64,000 bases of DNA from the IMG/VR virus record IMGVR_UViG_3300044641_010298, positions 1 to 64,000 of that record, one strand, 5' to 3'. Under the pieces are notes generated by a model. The model was not told the origin of the DNA. It ran no database searches and worked only from the letters and a program-made list of their open reading frames with translations. The DNA is from a virus. The translations under genes were made by a program, and so were the position numbers. Positions 17,248-26,564 of this stretch are shown here, one piece after another (the stretch's first letter is position 1; every line of letters starts with the position of its first letter).

Positions 17248-20200
17248 CTTCCCATCCAATGTCAATTACATTATCCACAACATCTTTGATCGCGTCAACG
17301 TGCGAGATTATTAAAATGTTTCTAAAATAAGACTTTAGATTCGTTAAGAGCCTCGCGCAAGCCTCAAGGTTGCTATCATCAAGAGCACCAAAGCCCTCAT
17401 CGATGATGAGCATGCTTGACTTTGGAAGAGAGGAAATATTCGTGAGAGCAACTCTGATGGCAATCGAGGAGATCATCTTCTCCATCCCAGAACCAAGCTC
17501 GATGAGTCGGCGGTTATCTCCGTAGTTTAGATAAATTTCCACAGAATTTGAATCATCGCATTCGATCTCAACTGTGAATCCAGCGATTCCATCTAGTATT
17601 TCAGATATCTCAGAATTTATTTTCGGTAAAGCATTTGAGATTATCTCCTGTGGCACACCTTTCTTTGAAAATGCTGACTCAAGCAGCTCAAGAACTCGAA
17701 GGTTGTCCTGTGCAATTGTGATCTCGTCGATTTGCTTGGTGAGCTGTCTAATTCTCTCTGTTTGCACACCGATCTCAGTTGCACACTTTATAGAAAGACC
17801 CTCTTCAATCTTTAGCTTCTCGTTCAGCAATTCAATTTGATCGCTTTGAGAAGTGTCAACGCTTGAAAGAGATTCTGCGATTTCCCTAATCTTCTTCTTT
17901 ATGTCAGCAAGAGATCTGGTCTTGTTTTCCTTTCTCTCGCTAAGAATTCCAATCTTAGATAGAAAATTTCCAGATTCAATCTTTAGATCTTTCTGTAGAT
18001 CTTTAATTTTATTAGCCTTCTGCAGCGCAACAATTGGGCTGTCTTTTTCAAGAGAGGCGGACCTGTTCTTCAGGATGCTGATTGATCTATCCTTGCTGCT
18101 TATCTGCGATTCCAGGCCGGGCAGACGTGTCTTGTTCTTGTGAGAATCACAAATAAACTGACACTCTGGAAAGCTTCCCTTGCACGGAACATTATCAAGA
18201 ATCTCAACTGACTTAAAAAGAAGGTCTCTTTCTTTTGTCTGAATTCTTAGATCCTTTTCTGCAGATTCAATTTTTCGAGAAATATCCTTTTGATCTTCTG
18301 CAGATTGCTCAAGCTCTGAAAAATTAACTTGTGCTAGTACTTCATTTGCTCGATCTAGCTTCTCAACTACTGACTGGTGCTTGTTTGATTCTGCGTCAAG
18401 CTCCGCGTTGATTCTTGCGATTTCTCTTTCTAGCACTGCCTGCTCAGACGTTAGTCGAGACAGATCGCGCTGGTTCTTAACAGCGTCTTGAGGAATCTTT
18501 CCATTGATATCAGAAATTTGATCCCGCAGTCTTTCTGACTCACTAATGTGCTGAGCCTTCTTTTCCTCTAGTTCAGATACCTTCTTGCTACAGGATTCAA
18601 TTTGTGACTTACAATCTGTCTCACTTCCTGCTGTCCTAATAGTAGACTTAAAAGGAGAAATATCTGACTTTACCCTATTTTGAAGCTCTTCAAAATAATC
18701 TATATCAAGAAATCGAGTAAGCATCTGCTTTCGAGCAGTGGACTTCTCGTTGATGAAGAGATTCATGTTTCCCTGGGGAGAGAGACATGTATAGAAGAAA
18801 TCGTCAGATGTTCCAATTAAAGATCGAAGAACTTTTTCAGTTTCACGACGCTGCTCGTCGTTTAGGTCTACCTTTTCCTCTCCTACAAGGTTTGTCCTAG
18901 AAAGTGAAAGTGTCGTGCTTGCCCACACGTCTCCCTTCTTGGGATAATTCTTGATTGTCTCTCTGCTGATCTCGTAGTCATCTGAGGATACTGATAGATC
19001 CACCTTTGCCTTGCAAAATTCCTTCTTTACATTTATGACATGCAAATTCTTCATGCTTCCTCTGTCCGTCGTGTTGAACAGAGAGTAGACAATTGCACCA
19101 ATTATGGATGACTTTCCAGATCGATTCTTTCCAAATATTCCTGTAATTCCTGGCATTGATCTAAAGTCTACGGAGTTTCCTTCTCCGTATGCAAATAGAT
19201 TATCAAATTCAATCTTATTGAGGTCCCACTTGACATTTCTTACAGCATCTTCTGCGCCTTCTCTAGAGGTAAGGTAGTACTCAAGCTTGGATAGTGCTGC
19301 CTGGCTAACCGCTTCTGGTAGATTCTTCCTGTTGATGAAATCAACTAGAGATTGCTTGACATTTATTGACTCAGATTCAATGCTCTTTCTCTCGTCTCGA
19401 GTAATTGAATCAGAGTGTGTTTTGTATGTGAGCTCAATAGGACATACCTTGCTTTCAAGCAGGCTGCAAAAGTTTCTGAGCCTATCTGTGTCTCTAGACT
19501 GTACGTCAAGCCTGACCCTTGAGCCTACGGGAAGCCGCCTAATTACGTCTTCTTCGCTAGTATTGTCATTCCAGACGACAGTAACGAATGGGTTTCTATT
19601 TTTAACGGGATGAAATGATACATCAAAATCATCCTTTGATCTAATGTCCCAGAACAAGAAACCCTTTTCTGCGTCTTCTGAATAATTCTGCTGGATTGTT
19701 GATCCACAGTAGGCAATTGTGCGCTGGCTGTTTAGAAACTGTCGCTTGTGTATGTCACCAAGAAGAGAAAAATCAAATCTTTCAAAGAAATCAAGATTTA
19801 TCTCTCCTTCGAGCTCATAATCTGTGTCTGATCTGGCACCCCTCACAGATCCGTGATAGAGCGCAATATTGATCTTTCCCGGACTAGGCTTAATATCTTC
19901 CCACCCTTCATTATCGAACAGAGAGAATGCATGAAAAACAATATCGGGATCAGAAGTCTTGTAGGATCTCGACTTCTTCATGAGCCTAATTCTTGGATTT
20001 TTTAGAGCTGCAATAACGGGTGAGATTGCATCCTGTCTGTGCTTGTTCATGATCAGACCATCATGGTTTCCAAGCAACACATCGACAGGGGCTATCGAGG
20101 CCAGAGAATTGAACCACCAGGTCAGCGCGTCTATAAGCTCTGGGGTGATTCCTTGTGTCTTTGAATGGACAATATCCCCGCCGATATAGATTAAATCTGG

Positions 20201-20305
20201 CTTAATCTCGCGCAGCGTTTTGAAGGCATCCTCGAATGACTCACGATATTCGGAATGACGAGCGAGGCCCCTAAAATGTACATCAGCGAAATGTGCAATC
20301 TTCAT
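17222..20305 (-). CDS. Single-chain SbcD/Mre11 nuclease - SbcC/Rad50 ATPase fusion (gp47-gp46-like)
   Basis: Phosphoesterase motifs ADVH, GGDIVH, GNHD, YHG and LGDIH. Then Walker A GKNRSGKS, coiled coil, signature GSGME, Walker B IIDEGFGALD and ISH. Confidence 0.92.
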   Translation of the reverse strand: MKIAHFADVHFRGLARHSEYRESFEDAFKTLREIKPDLIYIGGDIVHSKTQGITPELIDALTWWFNSLASIAPVDVLLGNHDGLIMNKHRQDAISPVIAALKNPRIRLMKKSRSYKTSDPDIVFHAFSLFDNEGWEDIKPSPGKINIALYHGSVRGARSDTDYELEGEINLDFFERFDFSLLGDIHKRQFLNSQRTIAYCGSTIQQNYSEDAEKGFLFWDIRSKDDFDVSFHPVKNRNPFVTVVWNDNTSEEDVIRRLPVGSRVRLDVQSRDTDRLRNFCSLLESKVCPIELTYKTHSDSITRDERKSIESESINVKQSLVDFINRKNLPEAVSQAALSKLEYYLTSREGAEDAVRNVKWDLNKIEFDNLFAYGEGNSVDFRSMPGITGIFGKNRSGKSSIIGAIVYSLFNTTDRGSMKNLHVINVKKEFCKAKVDLSVSSDDYEISRETIKNYPKKGDVWASTTLSLSRTNLVGEEKVDLNDEQRRETEKVLRSLIGTSDDFFYTCLSPQGNMNLFINEKSTARKQMLTRFLDIDYFEELQNRVKSDISPFKSTIRTAGSETDCKSQIESCSKKVSELEEKKAQHISESERLRDQISDINGKIPQDAVKNQRDLSRLTSEQAVLEREIARINAELDAESNKHQSVVEKLDRANEVLAQVNFSELEQSAEDQKDISRKIESAEKDLRIQTKERDLLFKSVEILDNVPCKGSFPECQFICDSHKNKTRLPGLESQISSKDRSISILKNRSASLEKDSPIVALQKANKIKDLQKDLKIESGNFLSKIGILSERKENKTRSLADIKKKIREIAESLSSVDTSQSDQIELLNEKLKIEEGLSIKCATEIGVQTERIRQLTKQIDEITIAQDNLRVLELLESAFSKKGVPQEIISNALPKINSEISEILDGIAGFTVEIECDDSNSVEIYLNYGDNRRLIELGSGMEKMISSIAIRVALTNISSLPKSSMLIIDEGFGALDDSNLEACARLLTNLKSYFRNILIISHVDAIKDVVDNVIDIGWEDGFARVSC

Positions 20306-20311
20306 GTTGCA

Positions 20312-20340
20312 ATTTTAACACAAGTCTATCAACTATTCAA
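20312..20340 (-). promoter_or_regulatory. Sigma70-type promoter, probably leaderless transcript of the Mre11-Rad50 gene
   Basis: TTGAAT(20340-20335)-17 nt-TAAAAT(20317-20312) with TG extension; ATG 6 nt after the -10 box, no SD. Confidence 0.65.
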
Positions 20341-20621
20341 CGAATAATTGACCTAAAATTTTCTGCAATTCTCATGATGACATCGTTCATCTCTTCATCC
20401 TCGAAGCCATCATCATCCATGGAATCGTAAACTGATATTGCATCACCAATCATAGAATAGAGAGCGTACTTGGGTGTGATAAAGTCATCATTTCCAGAAC
20501 AAGATTCACAACCGCAGTCACAATCGTGATCAGGATCGTCAACGTCTCCTGGAAGATCTTTTCTCTTGTACAGAGCATCGTCCTGGATTATGGCTCGTAT
20601 TACTTCTCTAATGTTTGTCAT
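20337..20621 (-). CDS. Small acidic hypothetical protein with CxCGCxSC motif
   Basis: 94 aa; N-terminus MTNIREVIRAII; preceded by an ATAATTA motif. Confidence 0.65.
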   Translation of the reverse strand: MTNIREVIRAIIQDDALYKRKDLPGDVDDPDHDCDCGCESCSGNDDFITPKYALYSMIGDAISVYDSMDDDGFEDEEMNDVIMRIAENFRSIIR

Positions 20622-20632
20622 GAATCTAATTA

Positions 20633-21595
20633 TTAGAACACTGAGCCGCTTCTAATCAAACTTATCTTTGACAGAAGTGATGACTTTTCACTCCACTGCC
20701 TAAGACTTTTATCGCAAAGATCGATCTGGTCTTTGGTCATTGATCCGACATCTTTTTCACTTCCAAGAGGAAAGATCTTGACATTGCATCCGTACGACAT
20801 TAGAGAATCGGCAATCTTGTTTGATTTTTGAACAGCATCACTGTCAAGAGCAAGAACTACATCACATTCGTTTGCAACCAGTCTTCTGAATAGGGCACTA
20901 TTTTCGGGGAGGGTAGATCCCAATAGACAAGCACCATTCTTTCCCAATCTAATTAGATCAAACACACCCTCCACAAGATAGACAGGTGAATCCCAGTCAA
21001 TTTCACACTCATTGAAAATAATCTTTGTCTTGTCAATTGTTGAATTAACATACCTAAGTCGAGATTTGTCATCAATACTTCTAGATACAAAGTAGTTCTC
21101 ATTTCCGTCATCATCAAGCGAGATGAAAAAGACTCGACGCGGATCTTTTCCTGATGGAGTCATTCCGACGCGATACCTGTAAAAATCAGACTCTAACAGA
21201 CCCCTAGATTTGAGATATGCAATTACAGATCTAACATTTGGATTCTTTGACTCCAGAAGACATGCAATTGGAGTAAAACCATCCGGGTATTCGAAGACCT
21301 GTTCAACAGGTTCAATCGATTCTAGATCAAACTTTTGTCCAAGGAAGTCTCTTCTGTATTGCGCAACTGTGTCTTTGCTGTAGCACTTTCTGAGAACCGG
21401 TAGAAGTGTTTTTCCCTTCTCTCCACAAACCCAGCAATGAAAACTCCAAGACGTTAGAGAGATTGAAAGCTTCTTTTTCTTTGTGTCCTTGCAGACGGGA
21501 CACGACACAGCAATGTCATTTCCGCTTCTTGAAATAATTCCTTTGCCAAAGTTCTTCTCAACGAAGGAGATTTTCTCAGTAAAAGTTGCTTGCAC
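20633..21595 (-). CDS. DNA primase (zinc-binding domain + TOPRIM)
   Basis: CPVC...FHCWVC zinc finger, YLKSRG, VEGVFD, ALDSDA, KDVG. Confidence 0.9.
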   Translation of the reverse strand: MQATFTEKISFVEKNFGKGIISRSGNDIAVSCPVCKDTKKKKLSISLTSWSFHCWVCGEKGKTLLPVLRKCYSKDTVAQYRRDFLGQKFDLESIEPVEQVFEYPDGFTPIACLLESKNPNVRSVIAYLKSRGLLESDFYRYRVGMTPSGKDPRRVFFISLDDDGNENYFVSRSIDDKSRLRYVNSTIDKTKIIFNECEIDWDSPVYLVEGVFDLIRLGKNGACLLGSTLPENSALFRRLVANECDVVLALDSDAVQKSNKIADSLMSYGCNVKIFPLGSEKDVGSMTKDQIDLCDKSLRQWSEKSSLLSKISLIRSGSVF

Positions 21596-21616
21596 AAGAA
21601 ATCATTGTGTGCAATC

Positions 21617-22150
21617 CTATTCTTTACAACCCCGAAGTCCTGCAAGCGCTATCACATATGCATCTGCCATATCGTAGGAGATCTCTTTCTTTTCTCCGGT
21701 CTTCTTCTGCGGCCAACTAACCTCGACTCTTTCATCGACCCATTTGAATACTTTTTCCTTGGTTGAGACGCTTTTGTCCTTGTGATTAATCTTCATTTGC
21801 AAGAAATTTCTGGCATTTGTAACATTCAAGGATGTTGCAGTGACTCCAAACGACTTATATGAGATAAGATCACACGCGCCGTTAAATCGGGCAAGAGTAT
21901 TGATGGTATGCGCTGAAGATAGACCTCTTCTAAACGAGCTAAGGTTTTGCTCTATAAAAACTGAATCAGCTTTATATTTTTTTGATATCTCGTCAAGAGA
22001 TTTTTCAACGAGAATGCACTTGTCAATAAACGTCTTTTGATGAGTAAGAACTATCGGCTCAATAAGAAGAATATCTTCGTTTTCGTCAAGGCAGCACACA
22101 CCTGTACAAGAAGTAGAAATATCAAGCCCAATAACACGTCTAGAAGTCAT
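21617..22150 (-). CDS. ruvC: RuvC-like Holliday junction resolvase
   Basis: VIGLDIST, FIEQ and DMADAY acidic residues of the RNase H fold. Confidence 0.85.
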   Translation of the reverse strand: MTSRRVIGLDISTSCTGVCCLDENEDILLIEPIVLTHQKTFIDKCILVEKSLDEISKKYKADSVFIEQNLSSFRRGLSSAHTINTLARFNGACDLISYKSFGVTATSLNVTNARNFLQMKINHKDKSVSTKEKVFKWVDERVEVSWPQKKTGEKKEISYDMADAYVIALAGLRGCKE

Positions 22151-24515
22151 ACCTCAGCCTAAAGACTAATTCATCTCCTTCTCGCTTTTGAACAGATTGT
22201 GCAAGGCGTGCTCGCATGATGACATTTAGGTTTTCATCATGCAAATTTATGCCAGTAATGTATGTGAAATCATCTGCTTGCTCAGATCTGTTCTGTGTGG
22301 GCGGAAAAGACTTATATGTCTGATTTGTTGATGAATTCAAAATACCAGGAGATGCAGGAATTGTAAAGCTTGCCACAGTCTTTCTTACTTCCCCTCTAAA
22401 GCTCATGCTAAATCCATTTTTGCCAAAGAAGGGAACGTGGGGAGATAGGATTGCAACAACTCCATGAGAATAAAATATTGCTCCCACTCTATTCCACTTT
22501 GCTGGGCTTGATAGCGTGTTGGAGCGATAAAGATTTCCCCTGCCGTCATCTCTTAGTGTGATTGACATTCCTCCTGATCCTGAAAGGCTTGAATCAGAAA
22601 TGACAAAGGATCCAGGTGTAATTCTGTTAAGGTAGTATGCAGCAGGAATTGTGAAGAATATTGAACGATTGGATGATAGATCTACGTTTGATGGCCTTGT
22701 AACGTCTTCATTCATGTTCTGAAGAAGCGGTAAATAGACTTTGTAAGGCAAGTCAGTGATTTTATTTGGCGTTCCATCGTAGAGCAGTTCATCGTACTCA
22801 GTCCCTCTGACATATGTTCCCAGAGGCGCAAGCCTTTCAAGAGATATGAAATTTTCATATGTCGAACCATTTATTGAATGAAATCTTGATGAATTGTCGC
22901 TGGACAGCATTTCAAAGCTTGGTTCAAAGGTGCCATTATCACAAGGAAGTATTGAAAAGTTTCTTTTTCTAGCTACTGTCTGATTCATAAGATAATCATC
23001 AAGTGACTGAGTCCTATAGTCTCTGCCAGTTGTTGATAATTCAGAAACTTCTGTTAGACCAAGTGCTCTTGGCTGATTTGATTGTGCAAAATCAATTACA
23101 AAGTTATGCAAGTTTAAATAATTTGCATTGTATCCGAGAGATAAGTGGTAAGACACAGGGCTGTCTGTCTGTAAATAATCAAGCTTTGCTGGTGCGAAGT
23201 AAGATTTCAATGCATTGACTGAGGATGTGAAGAAGACAGGCAGGAAAAAACTTGGTCCAGCTACACCCTCAGAAAGGCTGTAGAGAGAGTTTATTTCTTC
23301 TAGTTGATCATCAGATAAATACCGCTTAAATAGAGAAACGTGGTGGATCTCTGCGTTGAGAGGGTGACTGAATTTGTATCCTGCCGGATCTGATGTGGCG
23401 CCATCTGGGTCTATATCAGTTCCATTGTCAGTCGCTGCTGCAAGATTGAAAAACTTACCAACAGCATCTCCGCAATCATAGTAGTTTCCAATGAATAGTG
23501 CATCATTTGTAGTTGTGCTAGAAATGCTTGCGGAATTGACATTAAACGACTTGCCAATCTGGTCAACTCTTATTGATCCGCTTCCGTAGCTTCTTGTATT
23601 AGATCCCCACCTAATTGTTACTCTGTGCCAGGTGTCTCTCTTTAAAACTTCATCTGATGAAAATATAAGGTCGTTTGGAGATGACAGAGGTAGAAGACCA
23701 GGATTTATGGAAGAAGGTTGCCTGTTTGCACTCTGACTAAGCTGTAAAAGTATTCTAAATGTCTCGGGATTATTATCCGGACCTATCTGTGACCCGCTTA
23801 TGAGTGAAACACAGATAGAAGATGACATGTGAAAAATTGTTCCAGCTCTAAACGATCCTGTCTCTCCGATGGGCGCCTTTGGCTTGATAAAAAAGTCTAA
23901 GGTAAAAGCGCCTGCAGGAGAATATGGTTTTCTTCCCAGCGCATTTGAAAAATTAGGATATATTAGCGCAGATGCTGTCCCAAAATTACTCGATGATATA
24001 AAGTTTAAACAGTGGTAATTGGAATATCCGTAGAGAGAAAAAGGATTCTCGTTAATTTGAGATGGTATCAAAAAATTCTGAACTACTTTTCTCTGAAACG
24101 CTGTCCATTCATTGATCTCTGTTTGAATATCTCCGCCCATGTCTGGAGAATTTCTGGGAATTTGATTTGGGAAGACAAATCTAACAGGATAAGTTGTGAC
24201 GTATTGTCTTCCTTCTACGCTTGAAGCTTCGACCTTTTCTAGATATGAATCAATTGAGCTGGTAATATTGGAATCGCCTAATTTATATCTAAATGATGCT
24301 TCAAATAGATCATCATTGTCAAAGGTTATTGAAGTTGTTTCAGAGAAGACACTACTGCTCCCAGCTTCCGTAATGCTTTTTAATGCGTTTGAAGGCTTCG
24401 TTGCAAGCCTAATGCTACCTGTGAGGCCAGAAGATGAAGAAGAAAATGACTGACTCGGCTGTAACAGGAGCGTAGTTACTTCCGTGAGGTCTGGCCTTAC
24501 AGGAATTACAGACAT
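22140..24515 (-). CDS. Tail/baseplate structural protein with LamG-like region and conserved C-terminal domain
   Basis: FTLDFFIKP...WHRVTIRW...LFIGN (LamG-like). C-terminus YITGINLHDENLNVIMRARLAQSVQK...FRLRYDF is paralogous to the next gene. Confidence 0.65.
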   Translation of the reverse strand: MSVIPVRPDLTEVTTLLLQPSQSFSSSSSGLTGSIRLATKPSNALKSITEAGSSSVFSETTSITFDNDDLFEASFRYKLGDSNITSSIDSYLEKVEASSVEGRQYVTTYPVRFVFPNQIPRNSPDMGGDIQTEINEWTAFQRKVVQNFLIPSQINENPFSLYGYSNYHCLNFISSSNFGTASALIYPNFSNALGRKPYSPAGAFTLDFFIKPKAPIGETGSFRAGTIFHMSSSICVSLISGSQIGPDNNPETFRILLQLSQSANRQPSSINPGLLPLSSPNDLIFSSDEVLKRDTWHRVTIRWGSNTRSYGSGSIRVDQIGKSFNVNSASISSTTTNDALFIGNYYDCGDAVGKFFNLAAATDNGTDIDPDGATSDPAGYKFSHPLNAEIHHVSLFKRYLSDDQLEEINSLYSLSEGVAGPSFFLPVFFTSSVNALKSYFAPAKLDYLQTDSPVSYHLSLGYNANYLNLHNFVIDFAQSNQPRALGLTEVSELSTTGRDYRTQSLDDYLMNQTVARKRNFSILPCDNGTFEPSFEMLSSDNSSRFHSINGSTYENFISLERLAPLGTYVRGTEYDELLYDGTPNKITDLPYKVYLPLLQNMNEDVTRPSNVDLSSNRSIFFTIPAAYYLNRITPGSFVISDSSLSGSGGMSITLRDDGRGNLYRSNTLSSPAKWNRVGAIFYSHGVVAILSPHVPFFGKNGFSMSFRGEVRKTVASFTIPASPGILNSSTNQTYKSFPPTQNRSEQADDFTYITGINLHDENLNVIMRARLAQSVQKREGDELVFRLRYDF

Positions 24516-24521
24516 ATTACC

Positions 24522-25799
24522 TCAGTAGTCGAGTCTGACTCTAAAAGATAGCTTCTTTTGTTCGTTTTTCTCGACGGGACGTGAAAGCTTTGCGACTGCT
24601 AACAAATTGTCGGCTGCGTCATACAACCCGATGGTTGTTATGAAAGTGAACGAGGTTTGATCAATTGCCCCTTCATCTATGACAACTATTCTTCCATCGT
24701 CATCGGTGTATGTAGGATTAGATGAATAGTTGAATTCATCAGCCGCAGCTTCACAGAATACGAGTGTTGAGTTTATCGTGGTAATATTTTGGAACGTGAT
24801 AGAAGTGCTATTTGAATCTGTTGCATTTCCAAATCTGACTGAGGCGACATGATCAACAATGTCATCAATCGAAGCTGACACTACGAAGTCAGGAATGAAG
24901 CTGGCAGATACATTTCCTGCAGTCCAAGTTCTTCCCATGAAAGTAGTGCCTGCTGCAGTTGTAATTCCTCCAATAGTATCTGCTCCAGTTGCCGCGCTAA
25001 TTGTTCCGCTCATGTGCTGGTCAGAAAAGAATACCTTCTCCATGTCGAGAACAACTACGCCGTAGTCGTAGAATATGAGTCCAACATTTTGAGCTGTGTT
25101 TGATGCATTCACTAGGTTTGCTACTGTTCCACCGTACGTGTACTGGGGAACTGCGCCTGCTCCGGCATCTGTGATAATAAAGGATCCTGAAGGGTTTGCC
25201 TTTTGAATGTTGCTACCCGTATAGGTGTTGAAAAGGGTAGCTTCATAGCCGCTCACGCCTCTTGATCCATCCAGAGCTGCTGACGCGTACACTTTCATTG
25301 CAAAGGTTTCTGGCTTAATTGAATCTCTAGAAAATAGCCGCTTAAACGGTAAGAAGAGTGCTGCGTCTATGTAGTCCGATGTTGTGGCATTTGTGAAAGG
25401 TGACGTGAACTGAGAGTTAGCATTTCCAAGTAGCGCCTGTGCAAACTGGTTGTACACTTGCACCTTCTCTCTCATCATTGCCGTATTTGAAGCAAATGTC
25501 AGCTTGCCTGCTGTGTCAACTCCGTAACCGGGAGATCCCGTAACAATGCCACCTGACACGTAGAGGCCTACAGTCATGTCGAACATTTCGTTGGCTGTGG
25601 CAAGAGTGAAGTCCTGATCGAAGACCGTCTGGAATATTGATGAAGTTAGAGAGGCTGCGCCAGATCCTGTAACAAAGACCTCATAGCTCTTTCTCGTATT
25701 TGATCCGCTAACACTCTCTTGAACAATATCAACAAGCTGGTTCAAAAAAGACCTAGCTGTCTTAATATCTTTTGGTCCGATTCCCTTATAAACTGGCAT
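24522..25799 (-). CDS. Tail/baseplate structural protein
   Basis: C-terminal EFNYSSNPTY...FITTIGLYDAADNLLAVAKLSRPVEK...FRVRLDY; VGLIFYDYGVVVL shared with 22140..24515 (VGAIFYSHGVVAI). Confidence 0.7.
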   Translation of the reverse strand: MPVYKGIGPKDIKTARSFLNQLVDIVQESVSGSNTRKSYEVFVTGSGAASLTSSIFQTVFDQDFTLATANEMFDMTVGLYVSGGIVTGSPGYGVDTAGKLTFASNTAMMREKVQVYNQFAQALLGNANSQFTSPFTNATTSDYIDAALFLPFKRLFSRDSIKPETFAMKVYASAALDGSRGVSGYEATLFNTYTGSNIQKANPSGSFIITDAGAGAVPQYTYGGTVANLVNASNTAQNVGLIFYDYGVVVLDMEKVFFSDQHMSGTISAATGADTIGGITTAAGTTFMGRTWTAGNVSASFIPDFVVSASIDDIVDHVASVRFGNATDSNSTSITFQNITTINSTLVFCEAAADEFNYSSNPTYTDDDGRIVVIDEGAIDQTSFTFITTIGLYDAADNLLAVAKLSRPVEKNEQKKLSFRVRLDY

Positions 25800-25808
25800 T
25801 TTTATTCC

Positions 25809-26513
25809 TTAGACGGATGTCGTGATATTGACTTGGAAGTCTGATCTCTGACCTGAATTTCTTCCGATGACACTAACATAGGTTGAAACGTACGTAGTGC
25901 CCGGAACCTTGTAGGCAGTCTGCGTAGCTGCCGGGACTGACTGCGGAGCAAGGCTGAAGGTTAGCCGCGAAAGCGGGTTTGTAGAAGCAGTCGAGTCAGC
26001 AGGAAATGTGTAAGAAGCTATGCTTGTTGTAGAGATTGAAACCGGAGTTGTAACTGTGTTCGATGATGCACGCAAGAATCTGTTATCAACATTGACGAAG
26101 AAGTCATCGTCTATTAGTTCGGGAGGACATGAAAATCCATCCTCTATGCTAAGGTCGACGCTGATTGTCTTTGCTGTCTTGCTAGCAAAATCTAGCTGGA
26201 CAATTCCAGTTGGACTCAAAGAAAGTGCAGGTAGATATGTGATCGTGTTTGAAACAGTCGAAATGCTCAAAAGGCTGTGGCGCAAAGCGACAGATGGGTT
26301 TGTAATTGCCTCGAAAACAGGCGTATTCTTCTCAATCTTTTCTTTCCCAACGGTTCTTCCATACTGCTGGACTATGCCATAGTCTATTCCATCATCTGCA
26401 AGAGCAAACTTTGTGATCACGAATCTGCCTTGAGATGCAAGCAGCCTGCGACCAGCGTCTGTTAGAACAGCATCTAGAATTATGTTGTTCGTGGCCTGAT
26501 TTAGAAAGCCCAT
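25809..26513 (-). CDS. Baseplate/tail-collar-like structural protein
   Basis: MGFLN...ILDAVLTDAGRRLLA...ITKFALADDGIDY; ATG at 26513 after a GAGAGG SD. Confidence 0.7.
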   Translation of the reverse strand: MGFLNQATNNIILDAVLTDAGRRLLASQGRFVITKFALADDGIDYGIVQQYGRTVGKEKIEKNTPVFEAITNPSVALRHSLLSISTVSNTITYLPALSLSPTGIVQLDFASKTAKTISVDLSIEDGFSCPPELIDDDFFVNVDNRFLRASSNTVTTPVSISTTSIASYTFPADSTASTNPLSRLTFSLAPQSVPAATQTAYKVPGTTYVSTYVSVIGRNSGQRSDFQVNITTSV

Positions 26514-26531
26514 TTTCAATCCTCTCTAGTT

Positions 26532-26538
26532 TAAATAT
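26532..26538 (-). promoter_or_regulatory. Candidate late promoter ATATTTA
   Basis: ATAnTTA motif in the short intergenic gap ahead of a structural gene. Confidence 0.5.
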
Positions 26539-26564
26539 CTACAGCCTAAGTTCGCAAGTTAAAA

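Noticed and set aside
15013-21595. Inteins or introns in terminase, Mre11-Rad50 or primase
   Set aside because: Lengths and motif spacing are normal; no C/S...HN splice motifs or ORF interruptions.
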